Assembly: GCF_009914755.1 (NCBI RefSeq)
Contig: NC_060928.1
Length of the DNA: 64,000 nt
From: the human T2T-CHM13v2.0 reference genome, Homo sapiens
Direction: 5' to 3' (one strand)
In this document: positions 1 to 13,890 of the stretch, in pieces
How positions within the stretch are numbered: position 1 is the first letter of the stretch
Layout: each line of letters starts with the position of its first letter
The notes under the pieces: model-generated
What the model was told of the DNA's origin: nothing
The model's database searches: none
What the model saw: only the letters and a program-made list of their open reading frames with translations
Made by a program: the position numbers and the translations under genes

Positions 1-1234
1 TTCTTCCAATATAAGGCTGCTTTATCTTCACTAAAAATATGTTGTTTAAATGAGAACACATGGACAAGGGAGGGGAACATCACACACCGGGCCCTGTCAG
101 GCATAGGGGACAAGAGGAGGGAGAGCATTAGAACAAATGTACATGGGGGTTAAAGCCTAGATGACAGGTTGATGGGTGCCACAAACCACCATGGCACATG
201 TATACCTATGTAACAAAACAGCACCTTCTACACATATATCCCAGAACTTAAAGTAAATTAAAAAATAAAAATCTGTTGTTTAGGGCAGCCACCTTTGTCA
301 ATGCTTTCAGCTAGATCTTCTGAATAACTTGTTGTAGCTTCTACATCAGCACTTGCTGCTTCCTCTTGTACTTTTACATTATGGAGAAGACTTTTCTCCT
401 TAAGCCTCATGAACAAACCTCTGCTGGCTTCTATTTTTTCATCTGAAGCTTTCTGACCTCTCTCAGACTTCAGAGAATTGAAAAGACTTAGGGCCTTTCC
501 TTAGATTTTGCTTTGGCTTAAAGAAAGATAGTGGCTGGTTTGATCTATTCAGACCACTGAAACTTTCTCCATATCAGCAAAAAAGACTTCTTTGTTTTCT
601 CACCATCCGTGTGTTCACTATAATAGTACATTTAATTTCTTTCATGAACTTTTCTTTTACATTTACAACTTGCTCAACTCCTTGATGCAAGAGGCCTAGC
701 TTTCAGCTTATCTTTGCTTTCAACCTGTGTTCCTCATCAAGCCTAATATTTTCTAAATTTTGATTTAAAGTGAGAGAGGTGGGACGCTTCCTTTCACTTG
801 AGCATGTAGAGACCATTTGCAGAGTTATTAATTGGCTTAATTTCAATATTGTTGCATCTCAGGGAATACTGGGAGGGGGGAATTGGGGATGAAGCAATCA
901 GAACACATGTGGTGTTTATTGATTAAGATCGATTCATTTTGCCATCTTTTATGGGCATGATTTGTGTCCCCTCCAAACAGTAACATCAAAAATCACTGAC
1001 TATAGATCACCATAAGAGATATAACAACAATGAAAAAGTTTGAAATATATTGAGAATTACCAAAGTGTGACACAGAGACATAAAAAGTAAGCACTTGCTG
1101 TTGGAAAAATTGTGCAAATAGACTTGTTTGATACAGGGTTGCCATAAACATTCAATTTGTAAAAAAAAAAAAAAAAACACACAACATCTGGGAAATGCAA
1201 CAAAGATGAAGTGTAATAAAATGAGGTATGGCTA
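1..1234 (-). mobile_element. Tigger1 DNA transposon (TcMar-Tigger), 5' part; runs off the window edge and is interrupted by an L1 at 49-266
   Basis: Reverse complement of 1091-1234 matches the Tigger1 left end (CAGGCATACCTCGTTTTATTGC...TTTGTGGCAACCCTG...), followed by TA at 1235-1236; decayed transposase N-terminal sequence at 283-830. Confidence 0.9.
49..266 (+). mobile_element. L1PA (about L1PA8-10) 3' end, severely 5'-truncated, inserted in Tigger1
   Basis: L1 3'UTR (aatgagaacacatggaca...ccagaacttaaagtaa) plus A-tail; 16-bp TSD aaaaat(a/c)tgttgttta at 33-48 and 267-282. Confidence 0.9.
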
Positions 1235-1236
1235 TA

Positions 1237-1406
1237 TCTGCTCCTGTCTCCAAAATTTTGAGAGTAGATGTTTACCTTGCAATCTCACTTCTATTATGGG
1301 TCTAAGAAGAGTTGCTGGCCTTCTGTGTGTTCAGCTTTTTACTTATTGTTGCAATGGAGTGATGATTTCCAAGTTCTTACATTTGGGGCAGGAAATTGGA
1401 AGTCCA
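1237..1406 (-). mobile_element. Old L1M (L1MC/MD-type) 5' end fragment
   Basis: Reverse complement ggacttccaatttcc...atgtaagaacttggaaatc...aagtaaaaagctgaac resembles the L1MC/MD 5'-end consensus. Confidence 0.6.
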
Positions 1407-2156
1407 AATATAGTATTTTCAAATGACAGAAGAGCATATTTTCTTCAAAAATATAGCCAGTATCAATTTAAAACTCAAATGTTTAAATTCCCAGATGACG
1501 AAATTTTGTATATTTTCTCTTATTCTGATTTGCTGACTTATTCTTTTACAATATTTATACTGACAACCAAGCCCTCCTCCAAGTATAGCCAGGAGAATTT
1601 AGTCTTCTGACCAAATTCTTGTTCATTGATTGAAATTTATAAAGTTCATACCTTTTGCCAAAAACCAGGCTCATTCTTAGAAACAGAAAGACTTACAGGA
1701 CAATAAACTTGCCAGATTATGTGGCAGATTCAGGAGGAAACTCTCACAATGTCTTTTGTGATATGAATCTGTATCTGAAGAAGTATTCATGGACTTCCAC
1801 GCTATGCAAGACATTCTGACAGGTACTATGGAAGTTAACAGAAAACAAAGGGCAAGGCCTCTGCCCTCAAAAGTCCATTATTTAGTTGGGGAGAAAAGCC
1901 TGAAACTGAAACATCAAGTCATGACATAAGAAAAATGCAGGATGTTAAGGAGTAGTTGCCTTATAAGGTATAAAAGTGGTATGATAATACTTGCCAGGAG
2001 TTCATGTGAGGGGTCGACCCTTCGGCCAAAAAGGATAAGGTGGACCACAAAAAGGACAAAGCCCTTGACCTACTTTTTGGAAGAAATATAATTTGGATAC
2101 AATGTTATGCTCATGATTCACATTATGCTATCTCACATCCAGATTTCAGTGGGCTC

Positions 2157-2509
2157 TGATATAGCTTGGCTGTGTCCCCACCCAAATCTCACCTTGAATT
2201 GTAATAATCCCCACGTGTCAAGGGCAGGGCCAGGTGGAAATAATTGAACCATGGGTGCAGTTTCCCCTATACTGTTCTCATGGTGGTGAATAAGTCTCAC
2301 AAGATCTGATGTTTTCATAAATAGGAGTTCCCCTGCACAAACTCTCTTGCCTGCCACTGTGTAAGACATGTCTTTTTCTTTCTTCACCTTTTGCCATGAT
2401 TGTGAGGCCTCCCCAGACATGTGGAACTGAGTCATTAAACCTCTTTTTCTGCATAAATTACTCAGTCTCGGGTATGTCCTTATTAGCAGTGTGAAAATGA
2501 ACCAATAAA
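2157..2509 (+). mobile_element. THE1 (ERVL-MaLR) solo LTR
   Basis: Starts tgatatagcttggctgtgtccccacccaaatctc, ends ...gaaccaataaa; 5-bp TSD ggctc at 2152-2156 and 2510-2514. Confidence 0.93.
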
Positions 2510-2559
2510 GGCTCTGTGTGTCTTTCTCTTTTGAAAGTATAGAAAATAATTAGAGCTAA

Positions 2560-2785
2560 CTTTAATTAGTAACTTACTATATTAGGTATTATCCTAAACA
2601 ATACAATGATTATGAGGTTGATCTGATATAGGCACCGTTGTCATGATCATTTTCGGATGAGAAATTGAGATACTGAGAGATTATGCAATTCTCCTTGATT
2701 CACACAGGTCAGAAGGGATGAGCATAATCAAACCTAGGCAGCCTAATTACAAGTGTACCCACTTTATATGTACTCTCCACTTAAG
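2560..2785 (-). mobile_element. MIR SINE
   Basis: Core-like tttcggatgagaaattgagatactgagagatta...cacacag. Confidence 0.6.
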
Positions 2786-4279
2786 GCAACAAACTGATAA
2801 GGGAGGTCAGTATGTTCCAATTAGCATTTAAAATCAGCATCTCCCTCTAATAAATGTCTAAATTATATTAAATCTGGGAGCCTTGTGAATTGTAGTGGAT
2901 TCATTGAGCAAACTAATTAAGCATGGTTCACCATTTGCTGGATTGATTTTATATCACAGAAATCAACCTTTCAAATAATTATGAAACACCAAATTGAATA
3001 TAAACTAAACCAGGTAATAAAAACACACTCCGATGCTTCACAGTAAAATTCAATTATTATTGCTTTTTGAAACTAAAATAAATTGGGCAAAGTGTTTTTG
3101 TATTTAGTCTATAGGAAAATTTCTTGTTTATTATTCATTTGTTTATCTTAGCTCTGTAGCTTTTATTTATTTATATGTGTCATTTTTTTAAAAAAATATT
3201 TTTTACCAGTAAAGGAAGAATCATTAATTCTAGGAAATTGCTGGAAAGCAAGCTCTTTATTGTATTCTGTACTACCTGATTTTATGACTTCAGATCTCTC
3301 CTGAAGCATTTCGTGAGTTCTAATATAAATTCAAATTCAACTGTGATGTATTTTAGTTCTATAATGAAAATAAAGATGAGCTGTCTTTCAATTTCTGGAG
3401 TTAATTATCTTTGTTGAGTTCAGGATTATGAAAATATATTGTAGAATGTGGAGGGACAAGACTGTGCACAAGCGAGGGTATAACTATTGGATAGCTCCAA
3501 CAAAACATCTTTCAGTGAGCAGCAATAATTCTCCTTGAAATCTTCACTGGCCCTCCACTCCGAAGTAATCTCTCCTTTCTCTGAATGTGGAAAGCGGTGC
3601 AGGATGTATCTCTATTAGCATTCTATCACTACTTAGGTTATTTGCTTACCTCTTATTCATAATGAATGTAAGCATGAGTGCAGGAACCTTGTGCGTCTAT
3701 TTTCTAGAACACCATTAGGCCTGATGTCTAGAGCATCAGGCTACAAAAACATTTTGGAGTATAATTTATCAGTGCCCACCTTGCATAGAAAAGTTTTGAT
3801 TTATCAACATAGAAGCAGAGCTAAGTAATAAAACTATCACCTATGTTCATGAGGCTCAGCTAGTGTGATGAACTCTGGTGATAGTCATTATTCCCCTAAT
3901 TTTCACAACCTCTAAGGTAGATACAATCTCCATTTTACAGATTAACAAACATAAGTTATTAATTTTATTAATTAAATTTGTTGGTTAAAACTCAGGCTTT
4001 ATTTAAAAAAATAGTATCACTATTTGTTGAGAGACACAGTTCCCAAGTCATCAATTTTACTATTCTGGATTGCATGTCTGGCCTTTGAATTTGTTCAGTA
4101 ATAATTAGTGTTGAACCTCAAAGCCAAGCTATTAGGCTACCTAAATCTAGCAAAAACCACCTCTTTTTAAAATATAAATATATGCAGAACACATTTATTT
4201 ACTTTAAGAGGATCACAAAGTCTAGTTTCATTGATACATCTCATGTTTCTCAGTATTTTTTATTTATTCCTTAATTTAT

Positions 4280-4550
4280 GGAGGTAATTTAGAAAACTTA
4301 AAAAATACATCATTCAATGGCTTTAATAGATTCACATAGTTGTACAAACATTGCCACATTGTAATTTTAGAACAGTTTTTCTTTTTTTACTGCAAAGGAA
4401 CTTCATGCCCATTAATAGTCACTCTTCATTTACTCCACCCACGTCCCCTAGCCCTAGGCAACCACTAATCTACTTTCTGTCTCTATTATGTATTTGTGGT
4501 CTTTTTGACTGGCTGTTTTCACTTACTATAATCAAAAACTTGTGAAGTTT
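4280..4550 (-). mobile_element. L1M 3' fragment
   Basis: ttagaacagttttt...ccctagccctaggcaaccactaatctactttctgtctcta is typical antisense L1MB/MC 3'UTR. Confidence 0.65.
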
Positions 4551-5209
4551 ATTTAAAAACATGTATTTCTATACAGACACACACATTCATTCTAATGATA
4601 TTACCCAAAGAAAACCATTGTTGTTTATTGTTTGGCCATTTCATATTGTGGTCCATTTCCATGTGTTCAAAAATAAGGCTGTATTTGATATAACAGAGTT
4701 TTTACTTAATTACACTGAACTTGAGATTATTCAAGCTAATATAAGGCAATAGTAGCATAGGTTATGATCAAGTCACTTACATTTACCTTTGGGATATACT
4801 ATGTGTAGTTTTGACAGCGTGTTTGCTTAAATAATTATGTTCAGCTAGAGTAAAGTCAAATTATTTTTGAATTCCCCTAGCACATGTCAACTAGGACTAG
4901 ATAGAGATGGATGTAAAGTGTCATGTCAAGCAGAAGTCACCATAAGATTAAAGTCTTATTATAAATAATCCACAATGTGAACAATCCAACTATAGATAAA
5001 GAATTTTGACTGCATGTTGTATAACTGCCTTATTAGATGCTGAAAAATGTGGACATTAATACTTGGATGGAAATTGTTATCATGATTAATAACAATGAGT
5101 TGTGGCAATTTTACAATTAAGAGAATGTTTTGGGGATCCATGTTATATAATGAGGGTCTTTGTGGAACTTTGATAAAATTCATTCTTCTAGATGGAATTA
5201 CAACTGATA

Positions 5210-5400
5210 ATCATAATATAGCTAACATGTATTGAGTAATTACATTCCCAGGCACTGCTGTAATGGATTTACATGCACTCAGTAATTTAATCTTCCTCAT
5301 AACGCTATGAGACTCAGATTAAAGAAAGTAAATTTCCTATAGACCACCAGCAAGCATTGGTGGATGTGCAAAATTTCTTAATTCCATACTTTCGTTTTCA
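5210..5400 (-). mobile_element. MIR SINE
   Basis: atagctaacatgtattgag...ccaggcactg...atttaatcttc..ataacgctatga. Confidence 0.6.
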
Positions 5401-6098
5401 ATGTGTTTTTGACATAGGATAATTAGATTATTAAAAATTGTTTTCTCTAGTGAAGAAATGCTACTATTCCTAGTACCAATAGAAACCCTTGTTTCCCTTT
5501 GAAAGAAATATGGAGCGCCTGAGGACTAGATAACCAAGGTTGCCTGAGGAAAGGATCACAATAACAGTAGGCAATTCTGTCCCAAGAATGAGTGCTTCTT
5601 AAAACATAAAATAGTTTTAAAAATTTCTTAAGATAGAAAATGTATTCTCAGTCAGATTTTTTAATTTTGACTTTGGTTAATCCTAAAATTTCCGGGCTAA
5701 CAATGGAAAAATGTTTCTTAAAATTCTAGCCAAATGTTTTCATTTATTCAACAGAGTTAGTTAGTTTGAAATTCTTCTTGAATGTCTCAGTATTGCTCAA
5801 TCAAATGGAATCTAGGTTAGACTAACAAATATTGTTGACATTGAGTAAGAATGCCATAGAGTGCAGAGATGTGGTAGGAGCTCAGATTCCACTAATCCAC
5901 AATATTATGAGTCATTTAACACAAATTCTCGTCATTTCAGCAGAAAGTGTTTGTACTTAATTGAAGTAAGTGGTCCCATTCAAAATCTTTCTTTATTCAG
6001 TCTCTTCAATCACCAAAGCAAAACAGGATATATGCATCTTTGAATAAATATCTGATTTATTGTGTATCTGTTAATTTATATAGAATATATTAATGTTA

Positions 6099-6135
6099 AA
6101 TGGCAAAAACTGCAATTACTTTTGCGTCAACCTAA
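6099..6135. mobile_element. MADE1 (Hsmar1 MITE) half element, one TIR
   Basis: aatggcaaaaactgcaattacttttgcgtcaacctaa followed by TA matches the Hsmar1/MADE1 TIR. Confidence 0.8.
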
Positions 6136-6610
6136 TAATAGATTGTTTAATAAATAATAGTGCACATATTTGTGATAACTATAAAGACAAAATAGCTAAA
6201 ACTAAATCGATGATATTTGACCTATGTAGCTAAATTAAGCCTGTGTCTTTCATGTTTCATACATAAATTCTGAGAGCACATATCTAGAATATGATATCAT
6301 AAACATCAAAAATTTGAAAATCACTTTCGTGTTAGTCTTTAGAAATAGTGAGAAACTGTGTTTTAGAAATAATTTTGTTAAATTCCATTAGTGCACTGAT
6401 ATAAAGCTAACTGATAGAATTATTTCCAAATATTTATGTTTAGTCAGGATCTGAGCTACAATTCAGTAATGGAAAAGGAATCGTTGGTAATATGAAAATA
6501 TTTATCAGTGTGTATTTCATAATATTACAGTGCTTTTGACATTGATAAAGTACCCCTTGCTTTACTACATGTTGCTTATCACTGGTAAGTAGTGTGTTAA
6601 TTAGCATTGC

Positions 6611-6686
6611 ATATATATATATATACACACACATTGCATATATATGTATATATACATCGTGCGTGTATGTGTGTCTGTGTGTGTAT
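6611..6686. repeat. Compound (TA)n/(CA)n/(TG)n microsatellite
   Basis: Seen directly. Confidence 0.85.
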
Positions 6687-6699
6687 TGTTAAAGCTTTT

Positions 6700-6822
6700 T
6701 TTAAAAAAAAAAATTTGTACAGAAGAAGACTCAGACTTGGCTCATACTCCTGGGCTCAAATGATATTCTCGCTTTGGCCCCTCAAAATGTTGGGATTACA
6801 GGCATGAGCCACTGTGCCCAGA
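6700..6822 (-). mobile_element. FLAM/AluJ monomer
   Basis: ctcctgggctcaaatgat...aaaatgttgggattacaggcatgagccactgtgcc; ttaaagcttt on both sides (possible TSD). Confidence 0.75.
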
Positions 6823-7091
6823 TCATCTTAAAGCTTTAAACTAAATAAGTAGCAATGATAGGATAAGCTTTAGAAATAAATCTCTGTAGGGAGCATTCTC
6901 ATAATGTGTTCTGTCTTGATTAACCACTAAAGAATTTTCTTAATGCATATTTTAAGCAGGAAGAGCAGGGACATAGGCACTTTATACAAAAATAAATTAC
7001 ATATATTTAGTACAGATTTTTATATTGCAATCAAATCCTAGATAGTTACACAGAAGTAATAAGGGTGCAGTTGTCAGTTAAAATTGCTAGT

Positions 7092-8025
7092 TTTTTTCCT
7101 TTTATTTTTAGTTGACATGTAATAATTGTACATACACAGTTATATTTTAATATATGTGTATATGTGTAATGATCAAATCAGAGTAATTACATAGCCATCA
7201 ACTCAAACATTTATCATTTCTCTGTGTGTGAACATTTAAAATCCTCTTTTCTAGCTTTTCAAAAATATACACTAAATTATTGTTAATCGTATTCATGCTG
7301 CAGTGCTACAGAACACTTGAATTTATTCCTTCCATTTAGCTGTAAGTTTGTATTCATTAATTCACCTCTCCCTACCCCCACTCCTCCCATTCTTCCCAGT
7401 CTATAATAACCACAATTCTGCTCCCTGCTTCCATGAGCTCAATTTTCTTTAGCTCCCACATAGGAGTGAGAATTTGTGGTATTATCTTTCTGTGCCTGAC
7501 TTATTTCACTTATATAATGTCCTCCAGCCTCATCCACATTGCTACAAATAATGGGATTTCATTTTTTCAGGCAGAATAGTATTCTATTGTGTATATGTAC
7601 CACATTCTCTTTATTCATTCATCTGCTGATTAACACTTAGGTTGACTCCACATCTTGGCTATTGAGAATAATGCTGCAATTAAAAGGGGGGTACTGTTTC
7701 TCTTTTATATGCTGATTTCCATTCCTTTGGATAAATACCCAATAGTAGTGGAGTTACTGGACTGTAGGATAGTCCTACTTTTAGTTTTTTTTTCTCAGAA
7801 ACTTCCATACTGTTCTCCATAGCAGCTGTACTAATTTACATTCTTGTCAACAGTGTATAAGATTTCTCTTTTCGCTTCACCTTTGCTAGCATTTTTTTTT
7901 TTTTGTCTTTCTGATAACAGCTATCCTAACTGGGGTGAGATGATATCTCATTATGGTTTTGATTTGCATTTTCCTGATGATTAGTGATGAACAGCATTTT
8001 TCCCTATACTTGTTGGCCATTTCTT
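7092..8025 (-). mobile_element. L1MA-type 3' end (ORF2 C-terminus and 3'UTR)
   Basis: Antisense L1 hallmarks (tgatcaaatcagagtaatt, ttagctcccacat, ggggtgagatgatatctcatt); ORF 7886-8164(-) contains the ORF2 motif [17 protein letters not shown]. Confidence 0.88.
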
Positions 8026-8288
8026 TAAATAGATTAAGAAGACAAAATTTTAAGAAGATATTTAGAGAAAATGTAGAAATATAGAGTAAAATATTTGACT
8101 GTGGGGGACATGAATAAACGTAAAATATAAAAACATGGTTTATGAATAACAGATAATGTAACACAATTTGGTGCTCTTTTCAGTAAAATATATGTCTGTA
8201 TCCAATATAATTTAAGTGTACTATGATCCTAGTAAAAATATTTAAAGATCTTATTTATCTCAGTTTTCTAGCTCTCTCAGGAAAATAA

Positions 8289-8910
8289 TTTTTTTTTTTA
8301 TTTTTAATTTTAAGTTCAGGGGTGCAAGTTCAGGTTTGTTACATAGGTAATCGTGTCATGGGGGTTTGTTGTACAGATTATCTCATCACCCAGGTATTAA
8401 ACCTAGTACCCACTGGTTACTTTTCCTGATCCTCTCCCTCCTCCCACCTTCCACCCTCTGAAAGGCCCTAGTGTGTGTTGTTTTCCTCTATGTGTTTATG
8501 TGTTCTCATCATTTAGCCCCCACTTATAAGTGATAACATGCAATATTTGGTTTTGCTGTTCCTGTGTTAGTTGGCTAAGATAATGACCTCCAGCTCTATC
8601 TATGTCCCTGCAAAGGAAATGATCTCAGTCTTTTTTATGGCTGCATAGTATTCCATGGTGTAAGTGTAACACAATTTTTTTAATCCAGTCTATCGTTGAT
8701 GGGAATTTGGGTTGATTCCATGTCTTTGTTACTGTGAATAGTGTTGCAATGAACATATGCGTGGATGTGTCTTTATAATAGAATGATTTATATTCCTTTG
8801 CACATGTGCCAAGTAATGGGATTGCTGGGTCAAATGGTATTTCTGTTTTTAAGGGTGTAAATTAATTCAGCCATTGTGGAAGACAGTGTGGTGATTCCTC
8901 AAAGACCTAA
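8289..8910 (-). mobile_element. L1PA (about L1PA13-16) 3' end with a short 5' inversion (8853-8910 in + orientation)
   Basis: Poly-T then antisense 3'UTR/ORF2 to ~8853, then the sense ORF2 segment ggtgtaaattaattcagccattgtggaagacag...aaagacctaa; imperfect TSD ggaaaataat / ggagaaataat. Confidence 0.88.
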
Positions 8911-9526
8911 GGAGAAATAATATTCAATTTCTTGGAAAGAGGGAGACACTCTGCTCTTCCCATCTATATTTTCCCACCTTGATGTTTAAATAGAAGAGGG
9001 ATAATGAAATTATATAAGGAAGCAGGTGAGTTTGGATCCCATACTCTCATAAGAACAGAGAAATAGTTACAATAGGTGGCATTTATGGAATGGTATCTAT
9101 ATAAACATAGTATGCTCTTTGTTTTACATGCCTTAACTCATAAGTCAGTATTGCTAAAGAGAATTCAGTTTCATAGCTGTTGTGTAAATGAGAAAATACT
9201 ATTCTACCTCTATTATTTATTAATTCATAAAGGGGAAGCAATTAGTTTATATGCCAGTGAATTAGGTTTCGACTGGAACAAGTGTAGGAAGATTAAGAGC
9301 ACCAGAACCTGAAAACTAAAATGGAAGTAGCCATACCAATGTGAGATGTGAAAGTGGAGATAATTTATTTTATAAGGTAAACTGTGATAATTAGTTACTT
9401 CTTTATATTTAGCAAATATTAAATGATACTTATTAGTAATTATTTAGAATACTAAATCTTATTTTTAAATGACTGGGAATTGTAATACACCTTCTAGACA
9501 CTTTGCTTTTATCATGTGTTGATTAA

Positions 9527-10550
9527 TGGGATCTTATTAAACTAAAGAGCTTCTGCACAGCAAAAGAAACTATCATCAGAGTGAACAGGCAACCTACAGA
9601 ATGGGAGAAAATTTTTGCAATCTATCTATCTGACAAAAGGCAAAATCCAAAATCTACAAAACTTAAACAAATTTACCAGAAAGATACAAACAACCCCATC
9701 AAAAAATAGGCAAAGGCTATGAACGACACTTTTCAAAAGAAGACATTTATGCAACCAACAGACATAGGAAAAAATGCTCATCATCACTGGTCATTGGAGA
9801 AATGCAAATCAAAACCACAATAAGATACCATCTCACGCCAGTTAGAATGGCGATCATTAAGAAGTCAGGAAACAACAGATGCTGGAGAGGTTGTGGAAAA
9901 ATAGGAACGCTTTTACACTGTTGGTGGGAGTGTAAATTAGTTCAACCATTGTGGAAGACAGTGTGGCAATTCCTCAAGGATCTAGAACTAGAAATACCAT
10001 TTGACCCAGCAATCCCATTACTAGGCATATACCCAAAGGATTATAAATCATTCTACGATAAAGACACATGTACATGTATCTTTATTGTGGCACTGTTCAC
10101 AATAGCAAAGACTTGGAATCAACCCAAATGTCCATCAATGATAGACTGGATTAAGAAAAGGTGGCACATATACACCATGGAATACTTTGCAGCCATAAAA
10201 AAGGATGAGTTAATGTCCATTGCAGGGACATGGATGAAGCTGGAAACCATCATTCTCAGCAAACTATCACAAGATCAGAAAACCATCTGCATGTTCTCAC
10301 TCATAGGTGGGAGGTGAACAATGAGAACACATGGACACAGGAAGGGAAACATCACACACCAGAACGTGTCGCGGGGGTAGGGGGGTAGGGGAGGAATAAC
10401 ATTAGGAGAAATACCTAATGCAGGTGATGGGTTGATGGGTTCAGCAAACCACCAGGGCACGTGTACATCTATGTAACAAAACTGCACGTCCTGCACATGT
10501 AACCCAGAACTGAAAGTATAATTAAACAAACAAAACAAACAACAAAAAAA
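9527..10550 (+). mobile_element. L1PA (about L1PA7-8), 5'-truncated ~1 kb; ORF 9802-10317 is the ORF2p C-terminal CCHC region, not a host gene
   Basis: [32 protein letters not shown]...[14 protein letters not shown]...FSLIGG is L1 ORF2p; G-rich 3'UTR and A-rich tail; TSD gtgttgattaa at 9516-9526 and 10551-10561. Confidence 0.95.
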
Positions 10551-10563
10551 GTGTTGATTAACA

Positions 10564-10984
<421 letters not shown>

Positions 10985-12599
10985 TTAATACTTTTTTTTC
11001 TTTAAAACTGTTTTTCAAAACTCTGTTATAATGGGATACTTCTAGTAGGCAATCTTCAATTCCTTAAGATACTTGGTTAGACCATTGTCATCATGGATGG
11101 AACAGGCTTGAAGAGAGAGTTGCAATTTGCCTTCCTAACCTATAATGGCCACAACATTAGTATCATTACTTATATGTATCAGTACTTATCAATGAAAAAT
11201 ACATCTATGTCATTTATTGTATCATATGATGTATACCACATCAGAATCATTACTTGAATTAAACTAGTGGTGATTCAACCTTCTCTGTCACCTCACTTTT
11301 TCTTTTTATCGTGAGAAATTTCCATGAACTTATTTTGCAAATTAAGTGCTTTTTACAATCAATGATTAGACTATTATTAGTAACAACTTGCTTGTCATAA
11401 GTTTTACAACTTATCATAGCACAGCAGCATATCAAGAAATTTGAGCACTGCAACTCTAGGTTACAAATTATTATCAACAAATGTAGATAATGTCAAGAGA
11501 ATACGAATTTAATATTTAACAATGAAACATGGAGTGTTTTGATAGCAAAGAAACTAACATTCTCTTCTGCTCCTAAGGTGTAGGCAGTCTACTTACAAGC
11601 AGAGAAGAAGCAAATTTACATGACTATATGTGTATATACACAGACACATATACATATATGATATTTGTGTCTTTGTTGTACTCATTGAACTGCATACAAG
11701 TGCTTTTTCTTAAGCCAAGTTTTCATTAATTAATATACTAGATTAAATTAGTGAACATTACCATATATAAGCAGAGAATATCCAGTTTTCAATTACTTGT
11801 TTTTATTCTTCTACTCAATCATAGACTGTTGATTATTTAGAAGACACTATAAATATTTCACCTTGGTCATAATAAATAATGATCTGGTCAAGTAAAAATA
11901 AAAATTAACTGATAGCTAATCTTGTTATAGTAATAAACAATGGACATAGATAAAATACATATGTGAAAAAATGAATAAACAAATGATGCAGTGTGTAGAA
12001 ATACCCACTACAAATTTAAATCATTTTCGTAGTGAATATATGATATATATCTCATGCATGTCTGTTGTACCTATCAATTCATGAATAGTGAGATACAGAG
12101 ACAGATACACATGTACATTTATGCAGTTGTAGCAATTGAACCTGTGCTGTGTGTGTTCTATAACAATATTATATTAAGTGAATATAGTCAACTCTTGATT
12201 TTATATATATATACCCTTTTATGATCAATTTTAATTTTAATTCTGGGATATTTTGCCCTAAGTATATAATACATTTCTGGCACACTATTCCCACTTCCCA
12301 ACTTGCCTATTGTCAGTCAGAGACTACAAGGCAATTTAGTATCACCAAAGCAAAACAAGATTACAAAAATGAAAAATCTGCCATTTGGTATTATCTCTAT
12401 ACTTCTCCCTATATTAGCAGAGAAAATTGACTTGATGTCTATTGCTGACTCTTCCAGAATTGTGGCTTCAGCATAGCTGAGTGATTTCATGGATATATTA
12501 GCCAGTTGGCTTGAATATTTTACAGCAAATAAGCAAAAACTCTCAGTATTAGCTTTTTCATTATTCATTATCTTTATGAAATCATACACTCTTACATTA

Positions 12600-12730
12600 A
12601 AGTAGGAACCCATGTTACGACACTTACTTTACTCATGAAGAAACTGAGACTCACAGATTAGCATCCATGACTGACTAAAGTACAATTTATAATAGCAGAT
12701 CTGAGAGTAGAACTCATTTTTTTCATCTCT
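12600..12730 (-). mobile_element. MIR fragment
   Basis: tttactcatgaagaaactgagactcacagatta core. Confidence 0.5.
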
Positions 12731-12734
12731 ATGC

Positions 12735-13890
12735 AATTCATTCAACAATCAATCAGTAAATATTTATAGAAAGTAATATGTATTGGGCTCTGGGAAACTC
12801 ATCTATTATTACAAGAATCAGAAAGCTAAAATGTAAGCAAATATATTTGGAAGATAATTACGTATTAAAATATGTACTATGCAGGAAGCTAACAAGGTAA
12901 TTTGTAAAAAGTGCGATTAACAGGAGAAGTTGTGGTGATGCAGACCTACTGAATAATGGGAGACATTTTCCCTAAGGAGATGACATTTGATGGGAGAACC
13001 GAAAAGCAAAAAGTAGTCAACCACAAAAATTTCTGGGAGAGGTACATTCTACATCAAAGGAACAGGAAATACAAGGGTTCAAGGTTAAGAAAGAACATGG
13101 GGACTTCAAGAAACAGAAGAGAAATTAATATAACTGGCATATTGTGATGGGGGCATAGTAGAAGATGAAAATGGAGAAGCAGGCATGAGCCAGATCTTTG
13201 AAGCCCTTCATGCCCTGGTAAAAAATATAGATTTTATTCAGTGTGAAATGGGAATCCTCTAAAGATCTTTAAGCATACATTATCTGATTTGAATTTTATA
13301 GAGAATGTTCTGACTACAATTTGAAGAATCAATTGTAGGAAGCAGGAGTGAAAACCATTGCTGTAATGTGGATGTGAAATTAAGACTTGGACTATGGGGT
13401 TGACAATAGAGTTGGAGAGAAGTCAAGATATATGTTTGGATTTAAAATCAATAGGATTTCCTGGTCAGGTGGATATGGAGAGCAAGATAAAAGGAAATCA
13501 AGGGTGATTTCCATATTTCTAGTCTGAGCAATTAGATAGCTACAATGTCAGTTATTGAGAAGGAAAAGACTAGGAGAAAAACAGAAATGGGAGAGTTATT
13601 GATACAGAATTATTTTCACAGTATGTGAAGATGCTAGGTCAAGAGAAAATGTCAAGTAGTCAGCTGGAAGCTCAGAGACAGGGAAATCTTGCACAAGTTA
13701 TACATTTGGTAGTATTGCTAGACAAAGTCCTCATTAAGATCACCAAGGGATAGTCTATATAAGTAAGAGAAGGTGATTCACGACCAATCCATAGGTATTT
13801 TGTAATTAAAGAATTAGAGTGTGCCTATGGAAAGGGCACACATGAAAGGAAAATAAGAAAGGATAGCCAAAGGTGTTGGAGGAAACCAAG
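12735..13890 (-). mobile_element. L2 LINE fragment
   Basis: attcattcaac...aaatatttat L2 tail followed by purine-rich antisense body (aaggagatgacatttga, ggaagctcagagacag). Confidence 0.7.

Noticed and set aside
1128-1610. 160-aa ORF
   Set aside because: Non-ATG start; runs across a Tigger1 end, a poly-A run and an antisense L1M fragment; no recognisable domain
9802-10317. 171-aa ORF, the longest in the window
   Set aside because: It is the C-terminal part of L1 ORF2p in a 5'-truncated L1, with no promoter, EN or RT domain; not a host gene
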